Below are positions 1 through 13,130 of a DNA stretch of 64,000 nt, one piece after another. This stretch comes from Eledone cirrhosa (lineage: Eukaryota), in contig OZ024745.1 in assembly GCA_964016885.1 (NCBI GenBank), forward strand, positions 62,310,001 through 62,374,000, given 5' to 3'. How positions within the stretch are numbered: position 1 is the first letter of the stretch; each line of letters begins with the position of its first letter. Position numbers and translations under genes: made by a program. A model generated the notes under the pieces. It was given only the letters and a program-made list of their open reading frames with translations, searched no databases and was not told where the DNA came from.

Positions 1-1517
1 TAAGTGGTTGCCTTTTCTGTATCGCTGAGTACCTTTCAGGTTAACATGCAGTCACTTTAGGACTTTTGGACACCTTTTGTAAACCAGGAAGGGTATACTA
101 ACAGAATCACAAACAAAAGATCATTATTTTCGGATTAAATGCAGGCGCCATAAATGCAATATAAAATGTTATATAAACTGTAGCACACAAGACATACTGA
201 TACACGTACACATATACACACGCATGCACGTGCAATCACACATATACAAATACATACAATTGCGCACGCATACATACGCGCACATAATATATAGTGCATG
301 TATAATACAGCATATATAACTCTGAGCGATAATATTGTTTGATGTTGGCTGCGATTGTCATTTTCTAATTAATTATCCGACGATGATGTTCTCAAGTTTA
401 TCAGATTGAAATCTATTAGTGATAGTCTATCACCAATATATATCGCTAGAATACACTGAAAGATTCGCATAACAGCATGTTATGTTTCCACGCCAAGTAA
501 ACATGTAATTGCCTCAGTGCTTTCTCCTGCAAGAATGTTTTGTGTAGTTGATTATGCTTCATTTCAATGAATTAGAATACAGAGTTTCTGGAATGATAGA
601 CACTTAAACGGGAGCTCCAATTTCATTAGACATTCGAAGATCATGTACGCAACATAATCTCAAATTCTTGTGGGCTCAACAAGTGCTTATGCAACTGGAA
701 CAACAATAAACACACGGATTTACACACCCACTTTATTTATATGTATATATGATTGTACGTAGGAATATATGGAATTTTAATCTATAATATTGTAGATATG
801 CGTTTCTCTTTTTTATGTAAATGGAAATGTGTGAAAGTGTCTATGTATACAAACTCATTTATTAATGAAGTATGTCACCTAATTAACATTTCTTTCACTA
901 ATTTACATTTACCTTTGTTTCTTAGTTTGTTTGTTTGTGAAGGAGGGCATGAACAGAAATTACTTGAGTCAGTAAGAATGTTTTGGTAGGATGTAAACTT
1001 CAGTAAATATGTATATACTGAAACAACTATGAGGGTTTCTATAAACTTGATCAGTGTTATACAATGCGAACTGAATTTATAAGTACACACACATGCATAA
1101 TAAACTTTCGTGCACACACACACACGTGCACACATGTTTGTTTGTGCGTGCACATCTATGCATGCGTGCACATATGTGTATATGTGTGTTTACTTTTCTG
1201 TGAATAGGTGCAAGCATGATGGTGTGTCTCTGAGTCGTATCGGACCTGTGTATTCGCGTGCGTGTGTCCATGATTGGACAAGTCTGCATTGAGAATCACT
1301 TACGAATGTTTATTTTCATTGAAGTTAGGAAAAACGTAACCGATATGATATACAAAGTGAAATCGCTAGCTGAAACCAAACGGAAGAAAAGAAACTGAAA
1401 CGTCGAATTTATTTTCCAATATTTCAAATCTCTGTTGAGTGGCCTAATCTATTGCTAAACTCATCTTCTATTGCATAATATTTTCTATGTAGTATTCCCT
1501 CTTGTATATGTATACAC

Positions 1518-1699
<182 letters not shown>

Positions 1700-2055
1700 G
1701 TATATATGGGTAGAAATTATAAATCCCTCTCAAGGAATGTTTATCTCGCTAAGCATCTAAAGAATACAGTTAAATTCTGAGAATCTGAAATGCTCACGTG
1801 AAAAATTATGTTTATATCTTGATATATCGTTTCCGTTCGAATTAATATTAATCAGGTTTTATTAAAAACGCACAGATAAATAATTGTGAGAAATATAATT
1901 TTGTTTACTTCACTTTCTGAACGTGCTTAAAAGGAAGCTTAATATGTATTCAGAAACAAGCACACTTCAAATATATAAATATATATTCCCGACAGCATTA
2001 ATTAGCTTGCTCGCAACCAGAGCCTCGATTATGCTGTACTACCTTCTTATATATG

Positions 2056-2113
<58 letters not shown>

Positions 2114-2114
<1 letters not shown>

Positions 2115-2504
2115 GAGGGTACCCAAAAGTAAGGTCTCCAAAGCGATAGGGACGCAGAGAAACTGTTCGTACGGCTGGTTTCAACACTGTTGTGATTGGT
2201 GATTCCTTCACTCCCAAACAAGCATGCGCGCGCTTCGATGGGATGCTCAATCTTGGCGTGGCAGCCGTTGAGAATGGAGCTCCCGTTGAACGGTACTGCC
2301 AAGTGCGAATTTCGCGCAGTTATTATATAGAGGGCAATCCCAAAAGTAAGGTCTCCTTCCGAGGAAAACATGCGTAAAGATCGGCGGATCACTCTGGATA
2401 CTCTCTGCATTTTGGTTCCTGTGATTTCCCGAGGCACCATCCACAGGAATTTAAAGGAAAAATTGCAATATCGGAAGGAGACCTTACCTTTAGGATTGCC
2501 CTCG
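2114..2504 (+). mobile_element. Internally deleted/rearranged mariner element (MITE-like) inserted in (TA)n
   Basis: TIRs CGAGGGTACCCAAAAGTAAGGTCTCC (2114) and GGAGACCTTACCTTTAGGATTGCCCTCG (ends 2504), flanked by TA. Transposase start MELPLNGTAKCEFRAVI at 2274 and HTH fragment EENMRKDRRITLDTL...ISRGTIHRNLKEKLQYRK at about 2361-2477. Confidence 0.85.
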
Positions 2505-2629
2505 TATATATATATATATATATATATATCGTGCTATTAAGGTAGACATGTTCAGAGCCAATACTGGCTGAAAGTTACCGATATATATATATATGCTAAT
2601 TTCCAATAGCCGAAATACGGTTCTCGCTA

Positions 2630-2666
<37 letters not shown>

Positions 2667-2674
2667 TTCATATA

Positions 2675-3256
2675 CAGGCTGTGTGCACTAACATTGAAAC
2701 CTTAATATTGAATCACGAATTATTTATTTGCGTTCCTCATTTGCTCATGTGCGAAAACCCTAACATTTGAATGTATGCAAAACAAAATATATGTATTTGA
2801 TAGATATGATATTTCTTTTGAACTTGTTTTTATATTACTATCAGAAATAACTAGATCCATGACATCATGAATTTTCAACGTTACGCGAAAATATTCCAGA
2901 AGGGCACAATAATTGGATAAATCCCCAAAAGAACTTAAATAGAATTCTAACTTATAATATCATGAATAATAATAATTAGAATAATGTCAAATAGACAGGG
3001 TAAGCAACGGAAGACCATTCGACTTCCAACAAGTCTGCATGTCCTCTCATAATTCCTGAACGATACATGTTTATGTACGTGACCATTTCCATGACCAAGT
3101 TCTTCTAGATAAATGGTGCACAGTTGAAATAATCTCTCAAGTCCGCTATTACTAGCACGATGCCCAGTATTGATAGAGGTCATCTGATTCGGGCATGCCA
3201 ACGCTCGAGACCTCGTATTATAGCAGTCAGTGAATCTAATGAGGGCTTCATTGAAG
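2675..3256 (+). mobile_element. Degenerate Tc1/mariner-superfamily (maT-like) transposon remnant
   Basis: TA|CAGGCTGTG TIR-like start. The C-terminal translation IRACQRSRPRIIAVSESNEGFIE resembles the Tc1/maT end motif ACxRFRSRIEAVIEAxGGFIE. Truncated by the adjacent SINE. Confidence 0.5.
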
Positions 3257-3266
3257 ATATATAACT

Positions 3267-3445
3267 GTTTCTATTTTTGGCACAAGGCCAGCAATTACCC
3301 GGTACATTACTGGTACTTTATTTTATCGACCCCGTAAGGATGACAGGCAAAGTCAACCTCGGTGGGATTTGAACTCAGATCAAAAAGGGACGTAACTCTA
3401 TGCTTCAAAGCATAGTGTCCGACTCTCTACCGATACTGCCAATCC
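3267..3445 (-). mobile_element. tRNA-derived SINE
   Basis: Minus strand: A-box-like TGGCAGTATCGGTAGA, B-box GAGTTCAAATCCC, central GACTTTGCCTGTCATCCTTACGGGGTCGATAAAATAAAGTACC, tail GGCCTTGTGCCAAAAATAGAAAC. Several other copies occur in the window. Confidence 0.9.
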
Positions 3446-3559
3446 TACTTTGATGCTATGCATTTCTTTCTAAATTCATACTAATGTCTTAAAACACTGA
3501 CCCCGTCTGCAATATCTCAATATGATAAGCACCATCTTAGTGGGATTAAAGAACCAGAA

Positions 3560-4045
3560 ATATTCTAGGTCATACCTATCACCAAAAAAACATCATAAGC
3601 TCGTTTGTTAACTGCCCACTCCAGAGTACAGGCATATTCGTAGTGAAGGCTATTCTCGATACATTTAGTCACTATTTAGCAAATCTTACTACATGAATTT
3701 CCTTCTCCACCACATCTACTTTCTTTTCAAGTTGAACTTGAAATGTCAATGAGGATTTTATCGAAATGGAAAGTGTGTCTCTTCAGGACATTCAGTCTCA
3801 TTCAAGACAGAATCTCTCTCTCCATAGCCACCGGAGGAAAACTGTTTGTTCATCCTGAACAAAATTGTGGCAACTTAATCTACGAAATCGACATCACGGC
3901 AGTAACAACTATCAAATCCAATTACCCATACTTTTACCTCGTATTACATTGTGCACGGGCTCATGGCCGCTCACTTCCTTTAAGACCTGCACCATTCACC
4001 GCGCCTTATCAATGTTCATAAAACTCCTGCGAATACTGTAATATC
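3560..4045 (-). mobile_element. Highly degenerate piggyBac-like transposase remnant
   Basis: Minus-strand fragments YSIRRSFMNIDKA, GLKGS and YEVKVWVIGFDSCYC lie in the order of piggyBac motifs LSIDE(A/S)M, FKGR and KYGIKVWxLAD..GY. Confidence 0.4.
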
Positions 4046-6596
4046 CTCTTTCCCTCTCAACGGCAATGTACAAAGTACATGGCGAAATACCAACCAGTGT
4101 TTCCTTTAATTATTCGTCCTACTGAACTGTGAAACACAATTACATTTAGCGAAAGAAATGGAGATTACTTTTCTACTTGCCCGTCATTGAATATATTCAT
4201 TGAGAATTAAGATGGAATCCGCATACATACACTTATTCTTAGTATCTGGTTGGGAATGTGCCAATTGTCTACTTAAATAATTGATACTGATAGGAATATG
4301 AACACACCTGATGCCTCTGTGTGCATATTTGCTTGGAGCTGTCTGTCTGAATGTGTCAATATTATCTAAGTCGTTGTCGCATATTCTCAGAGTTGGTACA
4401 ACTGACAGTGTAAAAAATGTAACAGTGTCTTTTCTGTTGATTTCTTCGTTTAAAAAGATGTGTATGCGCGTAAAACCTTTTAATGAGACACGTTCGTCTT
4501 GTGCTAATTTGTGTTTCGGCTAATTAATTCAGATTTCAAGTGTAAAGTGTAACTGGTTCTTTCATTATGCTTTTTCCATCTTCTGAGAACTTCTTTATCG
4601 ATACTTAATACCATTTCCAGGCGTTAAAGTATGATTGTTTTTTTTTTAAAGTGTCACTACAGATATATCCTTTAATTATAACATCGTTAATTAGAGAACA
4701 CGCAGAAAATAGAAAACAGAACAAAAAAACAGAAAATAAAAGCCCGAAAATACAAGCTTTCACGCTTTTTCGGGTATGTGCTAAAGTTTTCTGCTCTTGA
4801 AATTGGTACTAGGTCGATACTTTTAAAACCATTATCCTCCGCGCTCCCACGAAATCATTCGACCTTCTTAATATACCTGTTAAATTATATCATTCGCTAT
4901 CGTCTTAATATTCTAGTTTGAGGTGTTGTATGTCTAGAATATGAGGTGTTGATCATTAGTATATCATCTTTTCCTAGACACCTTCTTTATTCGCGCCGAA
5001 ACAAATACATAATCAAGACTTACTATGATCAGATTTGAAATCACATCCTTGCTGTTGGGATTTAAAATCTGATATATATTTTAGTCTCAATTTCTAAGAC
5101 CATTGTCCTTCATTAATTCTACAAACATATCGCAACAAAGTCATTGCTAAGTGACGAAAAATAACAGAAATTCATTATAATAGTTTCAATAGGAACATTG
5201 AGCTTTCACTTGCAATATAAATTATTCTCTCTGTTATCCTTGTTCACAGAGCAAATATTAATAGGTGGAATACTAAGCTTACTATTCGTTGGCTAGAGAT
5301 ATAAAATATAGCATCATTTACAATCACGAAATGAGGAAATATAAAGGATAACAGCAATACGATAAAAAAATCTAACATATTTCTAAAAGAAAATGTCACC
5401 TTAATTAGAGTGTATAATAATTTATTCATTATTAAAATGAAATTAATGTGTTACTCTGATGTTAGAGTATTGCACCGATACGTTTATTTCTCGTATTTCT
5501 CTTTGTATTTGACATTGGTTTATGAATATTTTGGTATACCTTTAGTATTGTTTAGTTTTTCCTTAAATTAAATTTTGCATTGTCCATATTTGCAGGAAAT
5601 TCAGCCTGGAAAGGTAGCATTGCTCAATACATCAACCACATCTGAACAATTTCCGATACTGTTGAAAAACGAAATAAATGAGTAAATAATAAAATCCTAA
5701 TAGTGGTAATTTTTGTCTAAATATTTAGACACTTCCTGTACCGATCTGGTCTGTATCTATGATGCAAACGAGTGTAATGGATTTTATGAATGCTAACCAA
5801 GCAGAAAATTTAAAGAGAATATTAAAAGTATAGTCCTAATTATTATTTTTTAAATTTGTGGTAGTAATGTCCTCTATAATGTTCTCTATATCGAATGTCA
5901 TCAATAATTTAGAAATCATTCAGCCAACTTCTTTTACCGCTATTCTCACGTTTCCTGTTCTGCAGCACGAATGCTTATAAATTCATTGCACATCCATTCC
6001 ATTTATTATTGGGAAATATTTTCCGAAACATAATTAATTTAAAAGGATTGTGATCATTCGTTTTTGTTAGTATTTCATTTTAGATAGTTTTATCTTTGTC
6101 GAATGGAGATTGAGATTAAATGACACGTAATAATTTCTGATATTTGTATTTTTTGGTCTCAGAAGATAGAAGCAATGAAACTGAATATGGTTCATTACCT
6201 TTTCTGTAACACCATCCAAATATTGTTGCGTGTTACATTGCATCCTTATATTTCGCACAATTGTGTTGATAGACATAGGATTAAGGGCCTCACATATAAA
6301 TATCCATGGTATACAAAGGCGTGAAACATCAACTCCCATAAGACTTGCGAGCAGAAAGTAAGACCTATCGAATATTCAATAGAGCTGGGATCTGGACTGA
6401 ATGATCATAAAGGAAAAGTAAACAATATACTACTAGGTGCTAGATCAAAACTGAGAGATATACTTGTTTTCGGAGAGTATTGCCTTTTTAGTTTACTTCA
6501 TTTCTAATCACGGTTAACATAGTTTTAAATAGTTTCTTATTATGAGAATATTATGGAATTTATTGGAAATGAAATTCATTTTCGGTATTCGCACTC

Positions 6597-6661
6597 GGGT
6601 CGATTTCATCGACATTTCCCTCCCCTACAAATATTCCTGGCCTTGTGCCAAATGTAGAAAC
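6597..6661 (+). mobile_element. 3' fragment of a related SINE subfamily
   Basis: GGGTCGATTTCATCGAC...CCTGGCCTTGTGCCAAATGTAGAAAC shares the SINE tail. Confidence 0.6.
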
Positions 6662-9600
6662 AATTATATTAGGAAATGTCACCTAGAGTAAACACTAAAT
6701 TTAAAAAGGGAAATGTTTAATGACCTTTATATGTAATTTTTCGAAAAACATGGAAAATACACACTAATGGTAGGTTAAATTGCTATGACTGAATCTTATA
6801 ATGATAATTACTATTGTTAGTATTATTAATGTTATATATATATAAGAGAAAATGGAAGTATATGCTTTATGTAGGCTAATCTAAACTATAATAAGGTAAG
6901 GAGTGCGGGACTGCATCAATAATATATTTTTTCATCCCGTTTGTGAAATAAGTTGGATTACTTTAATAAATAATAATGAATATTACATAATTTATCTACT
7001 AAATTTCCGTGGCTGTACATTAAATATATTTTATGACTTATTTTAAGATTCACTTCTTTAAAATGTTCAAATATCAACAATTCCGGTTAGCGGTCGCTTA
7101 AATAAACATTCATATATTTCCGTCACTAACTTTCTCCTAATGCAGTTTATATATAATATCGTCTTTTTTTAATATACCATGGATTACGTTACTGATTACA
7201 TAAGAGAGTGTAACGCAGTCTTCGTTCAATTTCTGTGTATATTATATGATACATCAAATATTGTTTATTTGATGTATTATATCTACATTTGATGAATCAT
7301 ATCTACATATTATACTTGCGTATAATATCAATACGCACACTTTACATGCTAGCAGAAAACCACCCGAAAGGGGTTTTTTTATGCTAGTTCACGTTAATGT
7401 AAAGTGGATGTGCGTAACACAAATGGAACAGACAATTTACCAGTTAGTTTTGGTCAACGTAGTGGATGTAACATAAATATCTCGATGATACGATGTATAT
7501 CAATGTGTATGTTACATAGGTTACAAATAGTATTCTACTGAATACCATAATATAATCAGGATATCAGTAGAAACCAGTCAACATTTGTTAAAGTTCGAAG
7601 AAACATTTATTATAAGATAGTCTCTAACACGTGTTTTAGTAAAGTTATGCAATCGCCTACGGAAGCTGAATTATTACAAAAACCACACTATCATGCAGCT
7701 GTTTCGTTTATTTGATTTCATTTCTATTCAAATAGACGTCATGTCGATATGAAGTATATCATGTAAATTTCTGTCTGAGACATGTTTTATATTGAATGCA
7801 TTATGATACATTTTTAATGCAATATGCAAATTTTAGTGCAAGTGAGTAACGCATTAGTACATGTCTTTGAAATTAAAATGTCAAACGTATTAAAACTTTT
7901 AGATTTCTCTATTTCAAGAATCCATCACAACACACGAGGAAGGAAAAGAACCATATTCACTTTAAGCGGTAATGTCAGTAACTAACATATTAATAATGTT
8001 TTCGATTAAAACTACTTTTTAAAAAAATCAATAATTCCTTGATTCAATATATTAATGAATATAAGATGCAGAATTGAATATTTTAGCGCCAGAAAAGTTC
8101 ATTCTCTGATGATACGTATATCGCTGCATTATTGCTCAGGTAGCTATCTATACATTTATTTACAACTTTCAAAAGGTTATGATCGGAATGATGTGAAGTT
8201 TCATATTTAATTTCATGAAGATTACTTTGATAATTCTTTATTTGGTACATCTAGGTTTATTTTCTTTCTTTACTTTTTATTAGTAAGCATTGTATATTTT
8301 TATATTATGTGTAATATAAATACCTCTTAATGAATTATCATTCATGAGAAATAAATGAAAGGATTCTGAAATCATTCTGCATACCAAACGTTTATGTCAG
8401 TCTTATCAGTGAGAATTATTTTCAAAAGTTGAAAGTTCATTTGTAATTGAAATTCCAAAGACATCAAATGCACTGCCAAATCATTCATTCTTTCTTTGTT
8501 GCTGTCCATCTTTTCATTCTCAATCAGATATGGCATTCAACACATTTCATTTCTTAATATGAAGCTCTTCCTCCAATCCTCTCTCTATATATGAATTGCT
8601 ATCTCTCTCTTCTCCTCTTTTTCATATGTTTTCACAAGCATTTCATTGACAGAGACGCGAAGGAAAATTATTATACCGTATATATGTATTGAATTTATTA
8701 TAAGAAAACAAGTACATTAAACCCAACTGCATTCATTTAGCCTATCATTATCTACGCCAAGCAATCTAAAATGATATAGTTAAACTGAAAGTTCCTGACG
8801 TTGTGCGCAACTTATATAATTTAGTCAATGTCAAGCATCTAACTTAAAACATGTGGTTTGACGAATTATATATTCCGGTAGAATAATGCAAATTCTGAAC
8901 TCGTCCAATCAATAAATATGTCAATATTGCTATTAAAGCAAAAATAAAACATGAGATTAAAAAAAAAAAAATTATTTTAAATAATTAGGTGTCGAATTAA
9001 TTTCCCTAGCGTATTGTGATTCGGCATTATTAGCTTTAGCCGAATGACACTGAAGGAGGTAGCACATAAAAAATCCAAGGAATCCTGTTGCCTAAATTGC
9101 ATTCTAAACGCAAGAAAAATCATTTTAAATTAAGCAAACATAATTAAAAAAGTGATTTAAACTGGATTTTGATATTAACAACGATGTATATAGGTGATAA
9201 AGTATGTGGATAAATGAATTCATATTATTGATAAGGCAGCGATTAAGGAAAAGTTGAAATTCATTTGTTTTCTTCTTTTTAAATCAGAATACTAACACCA
9301 TAAGAGGTTTTACAGGAGAAAGATGTTAACAATATTTTCGTTTATAGCTAGGTCGGATGAAATCTACAGTAGTTTTAGAAGGAGCCTTATCATTGTGCAT
9401 CTTGGAGACAGCATTATACTATATATGACATTAAACTTTGAGGAAATTGATACTATTAAAACATTTATGCTATTCATCAGCTAAAGTAATCATATAAGCC
9501 TCATTTATAAATGACCAAATTTTGTAATAAATTCAGACATATGTTTCTAAACGTTTCTCTGATAGCATAGCAATACACAGTGAACAAATTAGGAATCAGT

Positions 9601-12559
9601 ATATCAGAAACATCTCATTTAACCAATATATTGTGCAGGAAGAACTCTGATGAATTCTGATATTTTCTAGTTTTACCAATATAGCTACTCCACTACGAAG
9701 GAATCTTTTTAAGTTTAAACAGAAACTCAAATCATTGCACAAACAAAGTTTAATAATTAATCAATCCAGAATTACGTCCCTTGCAATGTATTAGATTCTC
9801 TTTGACCTGAGCGACAAAGATAAAAACATCTACTTCGCTTGATTTGATAAAAAAAAAAAAAATTGACAGAAGAATATAACATATATAGATCTAACACAAA
9901 TCAAAATGAAAACCTTCGAAAAGCTTCTCAATGAAACAAAAAAAACATTGTTTAAATAATCATGACTATTTCTGAAAACTTATCTATATTTTAAACAAAA
10001 CAACGAAAAATAAAACTATATTCCATTTATATGTTTCCGCTTTACTCTTAAATAATTGCATTTTCATTGTGTACTATAAACGTGACATATATGACAAAAA
10101 GACAACAATAAAAAAAATTAGATGCATCTGCAAATCTTTGTTTTTTCTCTAGACCGAAAGTACGAGACGACAGTCACACAAGGAGAAACAATGGTTGTTT
10201 TAAATAACAATAGGAGGGCTGCCTTGAAAATAATATTCAGGCGCCACGCTAACTTTATTATAGCTGGATGTTATTCTCATCGAGATTTTGTTACTACAAA
10301 TTTTATATGTTCTTTTATGTCTCTGCGAATACACACATGGTGTAAAATGATGTATTATTTATACTATTCGGGTTAATCTCATATCTTACGATATTGTTTT
10401 ACACCTACGTGGTAATACATAGCTTCATCAAACTCTTCAGTTTACCAATCTTTCACATCTCATTTATTATAACTATGTGTATATGAATTTAATATTAAAA
10501 ATATTCAGTATACTTGCTTGTCTTCAACATCTCGCATTTGTTTAATTCAGTGTTTCATTTTACTTGCTGATTGTTGAACCACATTGACCTTGAAATTAAT
10601 TTACATAACGTTATCAACTTGACCTTCCACCTAAGCACCCTTATTTTATATGTAAGAGAGACAGAGGGTAGATATATCATACCTGTAAATTAGCGGCTTT
10701 CAAGTAGCAGTCCTTGGTTTTATGATAATTAGTAAAGTGTGGTTTCTCAGAATGTCTTCTATACCATTTGAATATAATAACAGCACTCCGTTGTTCGACG
10801 AGGTTTGGATAATCATGTTAGTCAATGTTTCTGTGAGCATATTTGTTTCGTTTTTTTTTTTAACAAAGTAGCTGAACGTCGTTTTCTCCTTTACGGATCT
10901 AAGTGAACACAAACAGAAACATATCCCTGAGGATGATTTTAATAATTTCTTTTTTTCTCGTAGTGTATCAGAAATCCTTTCCGAAGACATAATGCATTCT
11001 TAGATTTGTCAATACATTTTCATTCGTATATTCTCACATATATCGGATACACGCTTTTAACTACTCCAATTCACCAGCAATATATTCCAAACATGCACCC
11101 ATTTTCAAGAAGCAATCTATTTCTGAGAGTTATGTAACTGATATGTAAAGAAATGCACGGAATTAAGAATATATTCATTTCTGCGAAAATATACCGGACT
11201 GAATCCTTGTAAATAGAAACCACCTCATGGTAAGGAGTCATCAGTGCTTGTAATGCTGCATATATTAAAAATGTCATTAAATATTCACTGAAATATTAAC
11301 GATTGCTGTTTGCAACAATATTTAATATCGAGTTATAATTAGAAGCGTCAGACACAGAAAAATGTCATATTAACTTAGTGGTATGGAAACTGCCTTGCTT
11401 AACCATGTTATTTCCCAGAGAGAATTATGCTTATTTTGAAATATTTCCATATGCATTACGTCTATACTCCCTGCAACCGTTTCTAAATCTTTTCTGTGAG
11501 CTTCCAGATTTGTGAGGCTTTTCATATCCACGAGGCTTTGCTTTTTATCCTTTCAGTATTATAATGTATATGACGTTAGCAACTAAACAATAAATATTTA
11601 CAACACAATACAAATATAAATTTGAGGTATTTACTTTACTTGAATTTTATAGATTCCTAAGATATTAGTAGCGAAAATTCACAGATACATCCCTGTGTAT
11701 ATATACCGATGTATATACTTCATATGATAGAATTAAAACTGCACGAGGAAATATTGATATTTATTGAAAATTATTATGTAAATTCATATAGTAAATGAAA
11801 ATTGATTTCTGCAACCCCATCCAACAAAAATAATAATAGAAGTCACTATATTAAATGTCGGCATCATAGCTCAAACTCCTAAATATACTAACACCTGGTC
11901 TGAAATTAAGCTTTCCAGCATATATGTTTAAATAAATTTATAAAATATGATGAATAATTAATCCAACACAACAAGTAAAAACCGGAAAGAAACATTCCAA
12001 AGTTATACACATACGGCATTTCAGGTTATATAGGTTATCCTACGGAAATATAATTAAAAAATAGATATTTCTATGGGAACCAGTTGTAGGCCTGTGTTAT
12101 ATAAAGAATAACATTTTTTAGAGAATCTATTATAGTATGTAATTAAAGTAATGAACACTAAATTGATGGATGTATTCAGTACGTTGAATTTGGTAGAGCC
12201 TCTGTACGTCGCTCGATTAAGTCAGTTTCTAAGTAAATTTTGGAAGACCTCAGCCAAGCAATGCACTCTGTCGACACGGACTCAGAGTTAAATGCATATG
12301 TGGCCTATTATTGAGTATGAACACGCATTCTCATATCGCATCGTTTTAACCCACGCACCCATTCGAAGCTGGATAAGCAAAATGTATTTAATAGTATGAG
12401 GCATAACAATATCGTGTATGTGTGACAGGCACGGTCCCATTCAATATTCTTACTGACAAAACGCACCTACGATTTTTTCTCTGCAAAGGGGTTATCGTAT
12501 AGGTAAACATATTCATACATTAAGTTTTGTAGGTGAAAATACAAGAAGCATATATGTCT

Positions 12560-12960
12560 AAGCGCTGCATGCGAGTATCAGGAGAGGTGGAAATTTAAGA
12601 GGGGAAACAGCGGCGGTAAGTTTATTCCGGGAAGATTCAGAGTTGGCCGAGGAAAATTTAATTGCCTTCTCGTGGCTTAGTCTCGACTAGGGTGAACTCT
12701 GATGCAGGAAGTGATGTGGCTGTTTGTTAAAGGGCCGGCAGCAGAATTGGGATCCTGGTTTGGGCGAACTGAAGCTGTAAGCAAAGGAGTTGCCTAAAGA
12801 TGGGAGTTTGGAGGAAGCGGTAAAAACGGTGGTATCAGTCGGGATGAGGCGAAACGCAAGCACGATTCTAAGACGGGAAAGTAATGCCGTGGACTGGTCT
12901 GTAAATGAAAGAACATAAAATGTCAACAAAATGCGTCCCCGAGGATGTCATAGAATGTGT
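12560..12960 (-). mobile_element. Degenerate CR1/Jockey-group LINE 3' fragment
   Basis: GC-richer island. Minus-strand STALLSRLRIVLAFRLI...SKLPSL resembles the post-RT motif LLDRIQxxAxRLI...LxSL. Confidence 0.4.
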
Positions 12961-13087
12961 GACGAAAGAGCTTTCACAATCAACATCTAAACAACCACGT
13001 AGTTATTAAATGAAACGACTGGCAGTATATAATAAATTGATTTGAAATCCAACAGATGCGCGTGGTTTTATTGGCAGCATGACATTC

Positions 13088-13130
<43 letters not shown>

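Noticed and set aside
2530-2630. GGCT...AGCC-GAAA segment between TA tracts as a possible hammerhead
   Set aside because: No CUGANGA core upstream and no convincing helix I
7351-7380. Looks like a bacterial rho-independent terminator
   Set aside because: Eukaryotic repeat-rich context with no upstream gene; kept only as a possible Helitron end
10683-10990. 96-aa ORF and a strong minus-strand donor CAG|GTATGA
   Set aside because: The ORF stops before the donor, the open frame has no ATG or clear acceptor, and there is no recognisable homology
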